Source: Pseudomonadota bacterium (lineage in GTDB: Bacteria; SAR324; NAC60-12). From it: a stretch of 64,000 bases of DNA. Shown one piece after another: positions 1 to 9,973 of the stretch. The notes under the pieces were generated by a model. That model did no database searches. It was not told the origin of the DNA and saw only the letters and a list, made by a program, of their open reading frames with translations. The stretch covers positions 9,767 through 73,766 of the forward strand of contig SHAT01000002.1 of the NCBI GenBank assembly GCA_004213175.1, written 5' to 3'. The first letter of the stretch is position 1; each line of letters starts with the position of its first letter. The position numbers and the translations under genes were made by a program.

Positions 1-2697
1 GGACGTTTGCATCCAGAATATTTTCCTAAAATTTTCGGGCCAAACGAAAATGAAGCCCTGGATCTTGAAGCTTCCAGGGAGGCTTTTAAAAAAATAACGA
101 CCGAAATTAATACATATACCAGAGAGCGGAAACTTCCAGAGATGTCTCTGGAAGAAGTCGCCCTCGGATTTTTAAGGGTTGCCAACGAAGTCATGGTGCG
201 ACCCATCAGAGAAATTTCGGTGATGCGCGGTTATGATATCAAGGAACACGTTCTGGCCTGCTTCGGAGGTGCAGGCGGACAGCACGCTTGTGAAATTGCA
301 CGGGAGTTAGGCATTTCAAAAGTACATATTCATCGTTTCGCGGGCATTCTTTCTGCTTACGGAATGGGACTCGCTAACATTGTAGTTGAAAAACAAGAAC
401 CTTCGGCGTTCGTGCTAGCCGGAAATTATGATGATGGAATCTTCAAAATTATTTTAAAAAATCTCGAAAATTTATCAACCGACGCCAAAACAGAATTACT
501 TGCTCAGGGCTATAAAAATGAACAAATTGAAATAAAACGTTATCTAAATTTGCGCTATCAGGGTACAGATACAGCATTGATGATCCCTGAAGAGGATTTG
601 AAAGAAAATTCTGATTCAGCACTAAACAATGGTGAGTTTAGAATTTCAGATTCAAGTACGCAGCAACAGAAAAAAGAAGGAGGAATATCTGATTTTATTA
701 ATAATTTTAGGGAAACTTATCGGAGAGAATTTGGTTTCGAGTTGATAGGACGTGAAATCATTGTGGACGATTTACGAGTGCGTGCAGTCGCAAAATTCCC
801 AGGACTGCAAAAATTTCCGTTAGATGTTGATTACAACACTCTGCAGGTGAAGGATAGTACAAGGTGTTTTTTTCTGAATTCAAGTTCTGCCAAAGGCAGT
901 TGGCAGGAAACGCCGATTTACCGTCTGGAGAATTTAGACGCCGGGCAACATCTGCAGGGGCCTGCAATTGTGATTCAGAACACTTCGACCATACTTGTTG
1001 AACCCGGATGTTACGCCGATATTACAGCATACGGGGATATGGTTTTGAGTGTTGAAACCAAAACCTTCAGGGAAATCCGAACTGAGGCTGATCCGATTCA
1101 AGTTTCCATTTTCGGAAACCTATTTATGTCAGTTGCTGAGCAGATGGGACGCACCCTGCAGCGTACCGCAATATCTACTAACATCAAGGAACGTCTCGAT
1201 TTTTCCTGCGCCATTTTTGATGAATCAGGAGGATTAGTGGCCAACGCACCACATCAACCGGTGCATCTAGGTGCAATGAGCGAGGCGGTTAGGCAACAGG
1301 TCAAACTCCAAGGAAAATATCTGAAAGAGGGTGATGTACTGTTGACCAATCATCCCATTGCAGGTGGAAGTCATCTTCCGGACATCACTGTCATAACTCC
1401 GGTCTGGCAAAACGGGAATGCTATTTTTTACATTGCGAGTCGCGGACATCATGCTGACATTGGCGGAATTTCTCCAGGATCAATGCCTCCTTTTTCACGT
1501 ACACTTAAAGAAGAAGGTGCATGCATAAAAACTTTCAAACTTGTTGAAAACGGAATTTTCAATGAAGCAGGAATCACAGAATTGCTACAGGCTCCAGGAA
1601 AAATAGAACGTAAAACCGGAGAACCTGCGATCAGCGGTACCCGTTTACTTTCTGACAATATCTCAGATCTCAGGGCACAGGTCGCAGCAAATCAGCGCGG
1701 GATAGATTTATTGCTTGAAATGGTTGAACATTTTACTATTGAAACTGTTCAGGGCTTACCAGTTGTACAGGCGTACATGCACCATATCCAAATCAACGCG
1801 GAAGAAGCAGTGCGGAATATGCTTAAAGATCTTTCCGAACGCGAAGGTCTGTCAGAAGTGGACTCATTCGAGGCAAGCGATTTTCTGGATGACGGTAGTG
1901 AAATAGTTTTAAAAATAACGATCGATCGTCGTGAGGGCAGCGCAATTTTTGATTTTTCCGGAACGAGCACTGAATTATGGGGCAATCTGAATGCGCCAAG
2001 AGCAGTTACACATTCAGCTATTTTGTACAGTTTACGTTGTTTGATTGATCAGGAAATTCCTCTCAATCAGGGTTGTCTAAATCCTATTCAAGTTATAATC
2101 GAGGAAGGTTCATTACTCGCTCCATCAGAAAACGCAGCAGTTGTCGGCGGAAATGTTCTCACATCACAGCGCGTCACGGATGTGATTTTAAAAGCCTTTA
2201 GGGTATGTGCAGCCTCACAAGGTTGCATGAACAATTTTACTTTCGGTAATGAAAAATTCGGTTACTACGAAACTATAGGAGGTGGTGCAGGTGCAGGTCC
2301 TAATTGGCACGGACAGTCCGGGGTACACACTCACATGACCAACACCCGTATCACTGATCCTGAAATTCTGGAACGGCGTTATCCGGTTTTATTGAGAGAG
2401 TTTTCCATCCGTAAAAAATCTGGCGGTTTAGGAAAGTTTAGTGGAGGAAACGGACTAATACGCGAAGTAGAATTTTTAGAAGAACTTAATGCGGCGATTC
2501 TTTCTGAACGGAGAGTTCATCGGCCTTATGGATTAAACGGTGGGGAATCCGGGAAAAGCGGGCTAAATCTTTTTTTTCGTAAAAATGGTACTAAACTTTT
2601 TTTGGGAGGAAAAAATGAAATATGCGCTGAACCCGGAGACAGAATTCGTATTGAAACTCCTGGAGGCGGAGGATTTGGTAGGCTAGATTCTTTTTAG
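1..2697 (+). CDS. Hydantoinase/5-oxoprolinase family protein, fused HyuA C-terminal part plus HyuB; 5' end lies outside the window
   Basis: The frame is open from nt 1 with no upstream stop. The 896 aa cover the C-terminal ~320 aa of a hydantoinase A domain and a full hydantoinase B domain (e.g. HPIAGGSHLPD, GGGAGAGPNWHG). Confidence 0.8.
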   Translation, partial: GRLHPEYFPKIFGPNENEALDLEASREAFKKITTEINTYTRERKLPEMSLEEVALGFLRVANEVMVRPIREISVMRGYDIKEHVLACFGGAGGQHACEIARELGISKVHIHRFAGILSAYGMGLANIVVEKQEPSAFVLAGNYDDGIFKIILKNLENLSTDAKTELLAQGYKNEQIEIKRYLNLRYQGTDTALMIPEEDLKENSDSALNNGEFRISDSSTQQQKKEGGISDFINNFRETYRREFGFELIGREIIVDDLRVRAVAKFPGLQKFPLDVDYNTLQVKDSTRCFFLNSSSAKGSWQETPIYRLENLDAGQHLQGPAIVIQNTSTILVEPGCYADITAYGDMVLSVETKTFREIRTEADPIQVSIFGNLFMSVAEQMGRTLQRTAISTNIKERLDFSCAIFDESGGLVANAPHQPVHLGAMSEAVRQQVKLQGKYLKEGDVLLTNHPIAGGSHLPDITVITPVWQNGNAIFYIASRGHHADIGGISPGSMPPFSRTLKEEGACIKTFKLVENGIFNEAGITELLQAPGKIERKTGEPAISGTRLLSDNISDLRAQVAANQRGIDLLLEMVEHFTIETVQGLPVVQAYMHHIQINAEEAVRNMLKDLSEREGLSEVDSFEASDFLDDGSEIVLKITIDRREGSAIFDFSGTSTELWGNLNAPRAVTHSAILYSLRCLIDQEIPLNQGCLNPIQVIIEEGSLLAPSENAAVVGGNVLTSQRVTDVILKAFRVCAASQGCMNNFTFGNEKFGYYETIGGGAGAGPNWHGQSGVHTHMTNTRITDPEILERRYPVLLREFSIRKKSGGLGKFSGGNGLIREVEFLEELNAAILSERRVHRPYGLNGGESGKSGLNLFFRKNGTKLFLGGKNEICAEPGDRIRIETPGGGGFGRLDSF

Positions 2698-2743
2698 TTA
2701 GAACATAAAGTATAAGGGACTTGGTTTGGTCATTACTTGTACA

Positions 2744-4246
2744 TTATTTTTTTTTTATATTCAACCAATCTCTAATTAATGGAACAAGTATAAAAATTGC
2801 TGCTGAAAAAATAAGAATCAGCGTCATTGGTCTTTCCCAGATAAATTGAATTCCGTTTGCGTTACGCATTGCCCTGCCGAAATTGTCTTCAAACATTTGA
2901 CCAAGAACAAAACCGATCAAAAGAGGTGGTAAGGGGTAATCAGCAAATCTGAAGATAATTGCAATTACACCGAAGCCGATTAGAATTAGCAATTCTGTGG
3001 AGTTGTTTTGACCTATGTATGCTCCAGCCATGGCGAAAAATAGAACGAAGGGAATCAGATAACTACGTGGTATAGTAAGCAATTTTGCAATGTAAGGAAC
3101 CAGTGGAAGATTAAGCACAAGTAGTATAATGTTGCCAAAGTACATCGATAGAATCACAGACCAGAAGACTTCGGGTCTATCTTGCATAAGTTGTGGCCCG
3201 GGTTGTAGATTGAGAGCAATGAATGCCCCCAACAGTACTGCGGTCGTTCCAGAACCAGGAATCCCGAGAGTCAGAAGCGGAACAAAAGAGCCAGTGCTAG
3301 CAGCATTGTTTGCGGTTTCTGGAGCAGATAGACCTTTGATTGAACCTTTTCCAAATTCTTTACGTTCTTTAGGGCTAGCGAGATTCCGTTCTACTGCATA
3401 ACCTAGAAATGAAGCTATAGTCGCTCCAGTTCCAGGCATGACTCCAATTAGAAACCCCTGAATTGACTGCCTCCCAATTACAGGTGCTATGGACTTGGCT
3501 TCTTTGCGGTTAATGCGAAGATTATTGATTTCTTGAGATTTTTTCGAGCCGCTTTTTTCCCCTCGAATCTTATCAATTGCTAGAAAGAAGGCCTCAGGGA
3601 CGGCGAACAATCCCATTGCTAAAGTGACAAAATTAATTCCACTTTGCAAATCCATTATACCCAAAGTAAATCTCGGTGCTTGGAAAAGTGAAGATTCTCC
3701 TACCGTTGCTAACATAAGCCCTAATATCGTCATCATAATTGCTTTCAGAACTTTTCCTTTCCCTGCAAAAGCAGAAATTGCAGACAAGCCTACAAGCATT
3801 AAGGCAAAGTATTCTGCAGACCAGAACAAAATCGCGAAGCTAGCCAGAGCAGGTGCAAAAAACATCAAAAGCACCACCCCAATAGTACCTCCGGAGAAAG
3901 AAGAAATTGCTGCAATTGTTAATGCCTTACCAGCTTGCCCATTACGAGCCATTGGGTAACCATCAAAGGATGTTGCCACTACAGCAGCCTCACCTGGAGC
4001 ATTAATTAGTATTGAAGAAGTGGAACCACCAAAAATAGCACCGTAATATACTCCTGCTAATAAGATTAAAGTTGTTGAAGGATCGCCGATCTGGAGACTT
4101 ACTGGAATCATAATAGCCACCACAGACATTGGTCCGAGTCCAGGGAGCATTCCTATAATTGTCCCTATGAAACAACCCAAAGCAGCAAAAAACATGTTTT
4201 GAAAAGTAAAGGCTGTTTCAAGGCCCAATAGCAATCCATCTAGCAT
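2744..4246 (-). CDS. tctA: Tripartite tricarboxylate transporter large permease TctA
   Basis: 500-aa polytopic membrane protein with TctA-type repeats (GxxPGLGP, GTGATIASF). It is followed by tctB and tctC on the same strand. Confidence 0.85.
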   Translation of the reverse strand: MLDGLLLGLETAFTFQNMFFAALGCFIGTIIGMLPGLGPMSVVAIMIPVSLQIGDPSTTLILLAGVYYGAIFGGSTSSILINAPGEAAVVATSFDGYPMARNGQAGKALTIAAISSFSGGTIGVVLLMFFAPALASFAILFWSAEYFALMLVGLSAISAFAGKGKVLKAIMMTILGLMLATVGESSLFQAPRFTLGIMDLQSGINFVTLAMGLFAVPEAFFLAIDKIRGEKSGSKKSQEINNLRINRKEAKSIAPVIGRQSIQGFLIGVMPGTGATIASFLGYAVERNLASPKERKEFGKGSIKGLSAPETANNAASTGSFVPLLTLGIPGSGTTAVLLGAFIALNLQPGPQLMQDRPEVFWSVILSMYFGNIILLVLNLPLVPYIAKLLTIPRSYLIPFVLFFAMAGAYIGQNNSTELLILIGFGVIAIIFRFADYPLPPLLIGFVLGQMFEDNFGRAMRNANGIQFIWERPMTLILIFSAAIFILVPLIRDWLNIKKK

Positions 4247-4325
4247 ATTATCTTATTCTGAAAACATTGTGTTAACGTTTAAGCTTTCTAAATCCTTAAA
4301 TTTAAAATTATTTACTTTAATGTTA

Positions 4326-4913
4326 TTAAAATATCCAATTAGGCCATGGTCTCAGGTAAATCGTCAAAACTTTTTCTACCAAATACCAGAAAATGACACT
4401 CGAAGAAATTGAGATAGGAATAAGAATTATGTAGCGCCTATCTCCCAATAAATAACCTCCAAGAAATAAAAATAATGATGTACAAAAAATAAATCCTAAT
4501 TCACGTAAAGAGATTGAATAAATACATGCTAATATCAAGAGTCCTACCCCTTGAACCCAATTAAAATTTTGTGGATTTTTAAGATATTCACCATCAGCTC
4601 TATTTACGGTCCCGTCACTTTCTATTTTTTCATTTGAAGCTTTTGGTTGTATTAGAATAGCTATAGAACAAATAATGCCAGCAATAGACAACGCAATTGG
4701 CATTGTATTTGGCTTTACTGCTAGAAAACGTTCAAATGGAAGCAAATGGTAAGTATAGGACAAGAAACCGTAAGCACTTGAAAATGCTAAAAGTAACAAC
4801 GCTATTATTCGGTTAAGATTTAGCATTTTTAATGGCAGGAAGAAGTGTAATATTTCCGGAAAGATTTTATACTTTCCGGAAAAATATAGCTCAAGCTTTC
4901 TACAAGAAGCCAA
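4326..4913 (-). CDS. tctB: Tripartite tricarboxylate transporter small membrane subunit TctB-like
   Basis: 195-aa protein with about four TM helices sitting between tctC and tctA. Its start overlaps the tctC stop by 14 nt, which suggests translational coupling. Confidence 0.6.
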   Translation of the reverse strand: MASCRKLELYFSGKYKIFPEILHFFLPLKMLNLNRIIALLLLAFSSAYGFLSYTYHLLPFERFLAVKPNTMPIALSIAGIICSIAILIQPKASNEKIESDGTVNRADGEYLKNPQNFNWVQGVGLLILACIYSISLRELGFIFCTSLFLFLGGYLLGDRRYIILIPISISSSVIFWYLVEKVLTIYLRPWPNWIF

Positions 4914-5880
4914 GCTCTCTCATAAGGTCACCTATAACTTTTTCTTGCTGCGCAAGAAAACCCATGAATTTATCTCCTGGATTATAAATATTTACCCAAC
5001 CGTTACGAGCACGTACCTTTTCCCATTCTGGCGTACTATACATTTCTCCTAGAACTTTTATGTAAGCTTTACGCATGTTACTTGGTAGGTCTGGAGATGC
5101 AAAAAATCCTCTCCAGTTAACAAAAGTAACATTGTATCCTTGCTCAATCAAAGTAGGAACGTTTGGAGCAGCATCCACCCTCTCAGGTGAGGTAACAGCA
5201 ATCATACGTACTTTCCCTGCTTTTTCCATAGCAACAGCCTCCGAGAAACCTGTTGAAAGTGCATCAGCTTCTCCGGACAGTAGAGCAGCCATTGCCTTTC
5301 CCCCAGCATCGAACGGTAGATATTTTACCGCAGTTGGATCAGCTCCAGCAGCTTTGAAGGCCATTGCAGGTACCAGATGGTCCATACTCCCAGGGGCTGA
5401 GCCACCTGCAATTGCAACGCTTTCAGGATTCTTTTTATAAGCTGAAACTAGATCCTTAAAGTTCCTGTAAGAACTTGCTGCTGGGACTACGAGTGCTGCA
5501 TAATCACCTATTGTTCCAGCAATTAATGTAAGATCTCTGAAATTCTGCGGAAACACCTTAGTCAAAGAACGAATAACAATTGGTGTCGAATTAACCATAA
5601 GGGTCCCATGATTACTTTTGGAATTTTCTATTAGGTAACCTATGGCTTTCCCGCCACCTCCACCTGACATGTTTTCATAAGTTGCAGAGCCAATCAGTCC
5701 TGCTTTAGTAAGAGCTTCTCCGGTACCACGTGCCGTACCATCCCAACCTCCACCCGCACCACCGGGGATAAGAAAGTGAATTTTTTTGATTTCAACCGCA
5801 GATAAGCTTCCTAAGGAAATGATAACTGCCGCAAGTATTAAGGCAAACCGTTTTGTTAGTTTTTGCATTTTATTCTCCAA
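4900..5880 (-). CDS. tctC: Tripartite tricarboxylate transporter periplasmic substrate-binding protein TctC (Bug family)
   Basis: 326 aa with a signal peptide and Bug/TctC-like sequence (e.g. NMSGGGGG, NWRGFFA). First gene of a tctCBA operon. Confidence 0.8.
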   Translation of the reverse strand: MENKMQKLTKRFALILAAVIISLGSLSAVEIKKIHFLIPGGAGGGWDGTARGTGEALTKAGLIGSATYENMSGGGGGKAIGYLIENSKSNHGTLMVNSTPIVIRSLTKVFPQNFRDLTLIAGTIGDYAALVVPAASSYRNFKDLVSAYKKNPESVAIAGGSAPGSMDHLVPAMAFKAAGADPTAVKYLPFDAGGKAMAALLSGEADALSTGFSEAVAMEKAGKVRMIAVTSPERVDAAPNVPTLIEQGYNVTFVNWRGFFASPDLPSNMRKAYIKVLGEMYSTPEWEKVRARNGWVNIYNPGDKFMGFLAQQEKVIGDLMRELGFL

Positions 5881-6272
5881 ATTATAAAATTGATGAAACT
5901 AGCATTTAGCCAGAGTCTAATTTAGAAACGTAAAAACCATGTTATGAATTAACCTCTTTTTATGTAAAATATGATCAAAATGATATTTTTTGAGTCAAAA
6001 CAAATCTTAAGACTATAAACTTCAATGAATCTAAACCGATTTAACGTGATGGTTTTTTTTGCTTATTACAATTCAATTTCAACTGAAATAAGAAAATACA
6101 ACTATCAAAAGTTATGGTCTTTTACAACTAGCAGATTTACTCAAAAAATCTACAAGAGTGCTTTTACGTTGCTTAAATGCTAAAATAAAATTAAGTACTT
6201 GGCAAGAATAATCTAGAAAAACTATGAAATATTTAGACAAATTCAACAAATATAATAATTAAGAGACAACTA

Positions 6273-7787
6273 ATGCCCAATCCCCTTTATGACACTTTGT
6301 TCGGAAAATACACCGGACATTCGACCACATTCCTATTTATGCCTGATGGGAAAAAAATCAGTCATGATTCATTCATACGTATGGCAGGACGTTCTGCAAA
6401 TGCACTCAGCGAAATGGGACTTTCTGTTGGTGACCGTGTGGCAGTACAGATTGATAAATCTCCTGAAGCACTTGCAGTATATGCTGCTTGTGTTCAATCC
6501 GGCCTGGTTTACCTGCCCCTAAATACCGCATACACACCGACTGAAGTTTCGTATTTTATAGAAGACAGCGGTGCAAAACTATTTATCTGTAAAGGTTCTA
6601 AAGAAGAGCAACTTGCTGATGTCTCCAGTAAATTTGGAGCATCAATGGAAACATTGAATGCTGACGGTACGGGTTCATTCCCTGTATTGACACAAAATAA
6701 GGACGATTCGTTTAATACGGTTGAACGTGATACAGAAGATCTCGTAGCGCTCCTCTATACCTCAGGAACCACGGGACGTTCCAAGGGTGCGATGCTGAGT
6801 CATAGCAATTTACTTTCAAATGCGAATGCTCTGGCCGAGCTTTGGCAATTTACAGCTAAGGACGTCCTGCTCCATGCTCTACCTATCTTTCACACTCATG
6901 GTTTATTTGTAGCTACCAATGTGACTCTTGTGGCAGGTGGTTCCATGATTTTTATTCAGAAATTTGATTTAGAATCTATTGTCAGAAATATTCCAAATGC
7001 CACCACAATGATGGGAGTGCCAACTTTTTATACAAGACTTTTGAATGATTCACGATTCAACAAAGATTTAACGAGGCATATGAGGCTTTTCGTCTCTGGA
7101 AGCGCCCCTCTGTTGTCTGAAACACATGTTCAATTTGAAGCACGGACTGGGCACCGAATTCTTGAGCGTTACGGAATGACTGAAACAAACATGAATACTT
7201 CCAATCCATATGATGGGGAACGCCGTGCCGGAACGGTAGGATTCCCCATTCCAGGAATTGAAATAAAGATTACTGACTCGAAAACCGGAAAGGAGCTCTC
7301 AAATGGTGAAATTGGTGAAATTGAAGTACGTGGACCAAATGTGTTCCGCGGTTATTGGCAAATGCCAGAAAAAACGGCAGAAGAACTACGCAAAGATGGT
7401 TTCTTTATCACAGGTGACTTAGGTTCTATTGACCACGACGGTTATCTCCAAATTTCAGGGCGCAACAAAGACGTCATTATTTCAGGTGGATATAATATCT
7501 ATCCAAAAGAAATTGAACTTTTACTCGATGATCAGCCGGGTGTAATGGAAAGTGCAGTGATAGGCTTAGCACATCCGGATTTGGGAGAAGTAGTTGCAGG
7601 TATATTAGTACCCGAACATGGTGCGTCCCCGGATCTTGACGAGTTGGCAAAAACAATTAATTCATCGCTTGCGAAGTACAAACAACCTCTAAAATTACTC
7701 GTTATTCCAGAACTTCCTAGAAATACTATGGGGAAAGTTCAGAAAAATATTTTAAGGGAAGAGTATAAAAATCTCTTTATGCCTTGA
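6273..7787 (+). CDS. matB: Malonyl-CoA synthetase-like AMP-dependent acyl-CoA ligase
   Basis: 504 aa, the same length as rhizobial MatB, with an adenylate-forming core (YTSGTTGRSKGA, GYGMTE, GDLG..DGY). The N-terminus (GDRVAVQ..KS.EAL..Y.AC...G.VYLPLNTAYT) resembles MatB. Confidence 0.7.
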   Translation: MPNPLYDTLFGKYTGHSTTFLFMPDGKKISHDSFIRMAGRSANALSEMGLSVGDRVAVQIDKSPEALAVYAACVQSGLVYLPLNTAYTPTEVSYFIEDSGAKLFICKGSKEEQLADVSSKFGASMETLNADGTGSFPVLTQNKDDSFNTVERDTEDLVALLYTSGTTGRSKGAMLSHSNLLSNANALAELWQFTAKDVLLHALPIFHTHGLFVATNVTLVAGGSMIFIQKFDLESIVRNIPNATTMMGVPTFYTRLLNDSRFNKDLTRHMRLFVSGSAPLLSETHVQFEARTGHRILERYGMTETNMNTSNPYDGERRAGTVGFPIPGIEIKITDSKTGKELSNGEIGEIEVRGPNVFRGYWQMPEKTAEELRKDGFFITGDLGSIDHDGYLQISGRNKDVIISGGYNIYPKEIELLLDDQPGVMESAVIGLAHPDLGEVVAGILVPEHGASPDLDELAKTINSSLAKYKQPLKLLVIPELPRNTMGKVQKNILREEYKNLFMP

Positions 7788-7858
7788 TATTCTTGCTGAA
7801 TAATATTTTCAAGATTATTGGGATATTTTTCTAAGTCCAGCCTCAAGAATATCAAGGC
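7781..7858 (+). terminator. 15-bp perfect inverted repeat (GCCTTGATATTCTTG / CAAGAATATCAAGGC) spanning the matB stop codon; putative terminator or regulatory hairpin
   Basis: Arm 1 is at 7781-7795 and contains the matB TGA. Arm 2 is at 7844-7858 with a 48-nt spacer, and it is followed by a T-rich stretch (TTTATTGATATATTG). Confidence 0.3.
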
Positions 7859-8203
7859 AATTTATTGATATATTGTTAATATTTTAAAAATAACAGACCA
7901 CATTCTTATTAAGGATCAAAAATCGTAATGAGCCCATTTTCTGTCGCATTGAACACACTTGTATTACAGGAAGTATGAAAGAATATTTTCTATATAAATA
8001 TATAGTTAGGAAGTACTAGACACTCAGCACTTCCATATAATGGTTGACATTTATGAAAAAATGATTGATAATTCAAGGTATATTATCAAATATTAAGTAC
8101 TAAATATGATTAACAATCCTTAGCAATTAGAGAGAAAAGCGGGATAAGTTAGTAAATATCTTAATTTTACTGCAAACAAAAGAATAACTAAAAAGAGTGT
8201 AAA

Positions 8204-8638
8204 ATGGAATTTGGTGAACAAATGACACAGTGGAGGGAAAAATCGGGTTTAACTCGCAAAGAGTTTGCGAGAAAACTTAGCGTTTCATTGACTGCTGTAA
8301 AAAATTGGGAAACTGGACACTCAACTCCCAAACTTACTAAATACAGTGAGATTGCAAAAGTGTTAGCTATTGACGTGAGAGAAATGGGTCTTGATAATGA
8401 CCTTGATCTTGAAAGGATCGGTGATAGGATCAAATATGCCCGTCTACTGAGAGGGATGTCGATAGAGGCATTTGCATATGAACATGGTTTTGCAATTCAA
8501 ACTGTGAAAAGCTGGGAATCTCATGCCGCAGAGGTCACAGAAGCCTCTTTGGAGCGTATTTCACGTGCACTGAAAATTCCTGCTCCTTTCTTTGAAATGA
8601 AGAATGATCCTCACCAAGAATTAACCGACCTTAAATAA
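8204..8638 (+). CDS. Tandem-HTH XRE-family (Cro/C1-type) transcriptional regulator
   Basis: 144 aa containing two HTH_3-like units (LTRKEFARKLSVSLTAVKNWE and MSIEAFAYEHGFAIQTVKSWE). Confidence 0.75.
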   Translation: MEFGEQMTQWREKSGLTRKEFARKLSVSLTAVKNWETGHSTPKLTKYSEIAKVLAIDVREMGLDNDLDLERIGDRIKYARLLRGMSIEAFAYEHGFAIQTVKSWESHAAEVTEASLERISRALKIPAPFFEMKNDPHQELTDLK

Positions 8639-8673
8639 TCAAAGGGTTACAGTTATATTGCTAAACCCGTCAT

Positions 8674-9945
8674 TTAATTAACAGTCCTTGTTAGTGCTTC
8701 TTTGAATACAGAATTACCTTCGTCCATTTTCAAGGCGTTTTCGTAGTGTTTTCTTGCTTGTGAAATCTCACCCTTTGCTTCAAAAGCCAAACCAAGGTTG
8801 TGTTCATCTTCAGCTGTCCTCTCGTCCAGAGCTTGCAGAAAAGCAACTGCTTCATGGTATGCGTTTCCCCTAATTAAATTAACCGCAACGCTGTTCCCAT
8901 CTTGCACAAGTAATTCTGCCGTTTCTTGATAAGGGCTAATTTGTTTAGTAAATTGTCGTGCGACTTCTCGGCCAAGTCTAATTTTCAGATCTAATGGTGT
9001 TTGTGGAACCTGCACATCATTTCTCAGGTTAAATCCCCTAGCAAAATATTCAGTTGGTTTTGTAAAGGATAATCCTGCACGGTCAATTTTTGAAAGAAGT
9101 GACCCAGAAGACTCTTCATCAGAAAGATAATATTTTTTAATTGCGTTTTTTATTTTTATCGGTAAATGCGATGTAGCTACTGAACCTCCCCACTTCTGGG
9201 CAAAGTAAGTCCTAAAACTTTGTGGAGGAATTATTTCACTGCCGTCATTTTTCCGAACCAGAGAAAATTCAACTTCCAGGGCCGCTATATGTTCCACATA
9301 TGGTGTTGCTATCACAAACCCAATTCCTGAGGATTCCGCCCCCATTGAAACAACACTTGTGAGAAAAGATTGTTCGAGGGTGGCTCCTTTGTTTTTAACA
9401 TTTGTAAAATATGATAGGTCCTCCTGTGATTCAATAATAATTTCTGCGTATTTAACTTTTCCATTAAGAACTGCAACTTTGGACTCATCCGGAAGTACGC
9501 CACTATATCCGGTTTCCTTTCCAGTAGTATTTATCAACTGATATGGTGAGTGAAGTGAAAGTTCATGTACCAAAGCGGCTCTAAGCAAATCAGCTGTTAG
9601 GTCCCCGTGTTCATTTTTTGATTTTAACTTAGAAATGGATGGTTTTAATAATTTTTCGGTTCCTTTAAAAATCAAGCTCAATTCGGATGTAGTCTCATTA
9701 GGAAACTTGATCTGTCCTGATAATGTTTGAAAATTACCGACCTCAATGTAGTTTATATTTTCAACTAGCTGAACTGGTGGACGCTCTATTTGAAAACTAA
9801 CTTTTGGTGCACAGGCAGTGATTAAAAATGAACAAAGGCACAAAAGAAAAAATACGCTAAGTTTTACTTCAGAAACATCTTTATGCTTTTGGGAGGGAAA
9901 GATGAAAAAACTATTTGATAGTATGAGTTTCATTAAATCAACCAT
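8674..9945 (-). CDS. Lipoprotein with C-terminal ISPY+TPR module (paralog 3 of 3)
   Basis: Signal peptide with lipobox LITAC. The C-terminus (QISPYQETAELLVQDG...HNLGLAFEAKG...ALKMD) is homologous to the two upstream genes. The start codon is uncertain; an internal Met near LSVFFLL is more likely. Confidence 0.6.
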   Translation of the reverse strand: MVDLMKLILSNSFFIFPSQKHKDVSEVKLSVFFLLCLCSFLITACAPKVSFQIERPPVQLVENINYIEVGNFQTLSGQIKFPNETTSELSLIFKGTEKLLKPSISKLKSKNEHGDLTADLLRAALVHELSLHSPYQLINTTGKETGYSGVLPDESKVAVLNGKVKYAEIIIESQEDLSYFTNVKNKGATLEQSFLTSVVSMGAESSGIGFVIATPYVEHIAALEVEFSLVRKNDGSEIIPPQSFRTYFAQKWGGSVATSHLPIKIKNAIKKYYLSDEESSGSLLSKIDRAGLSFTKPTEYFARGFNLRNDVQVPQTPLDLKIRLGREVARQFTKQISPYQETAELLVQDGNSVAVNLIRGNAYHEAVAFLQALDERTAEDEHNLGLAFEAKGEISQARKHYENALKMDEGNSVFKEALTRTVN

Positions 9946-9973
9946 AAAGTAATAAAATTAAAAACGAAACAGA

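Noticed and set aside
758-1985. Several 60-80-aa ORFs (both strands) inside the hydantoinase gene
   Set aside because: They are fully nested within a long, well-supported CDS, with no independent signals.
5881-6272. Sigma-54 promoter (TGGCAC-N5-TTGCA) in the tctC/matB divergent region and upstream of pspA
   Set aside because: Only a partial TTGGCAAG match at ~6200 without the -12 GC element. pspA has no intergenic space, only an 18-nt gap after rpoN.
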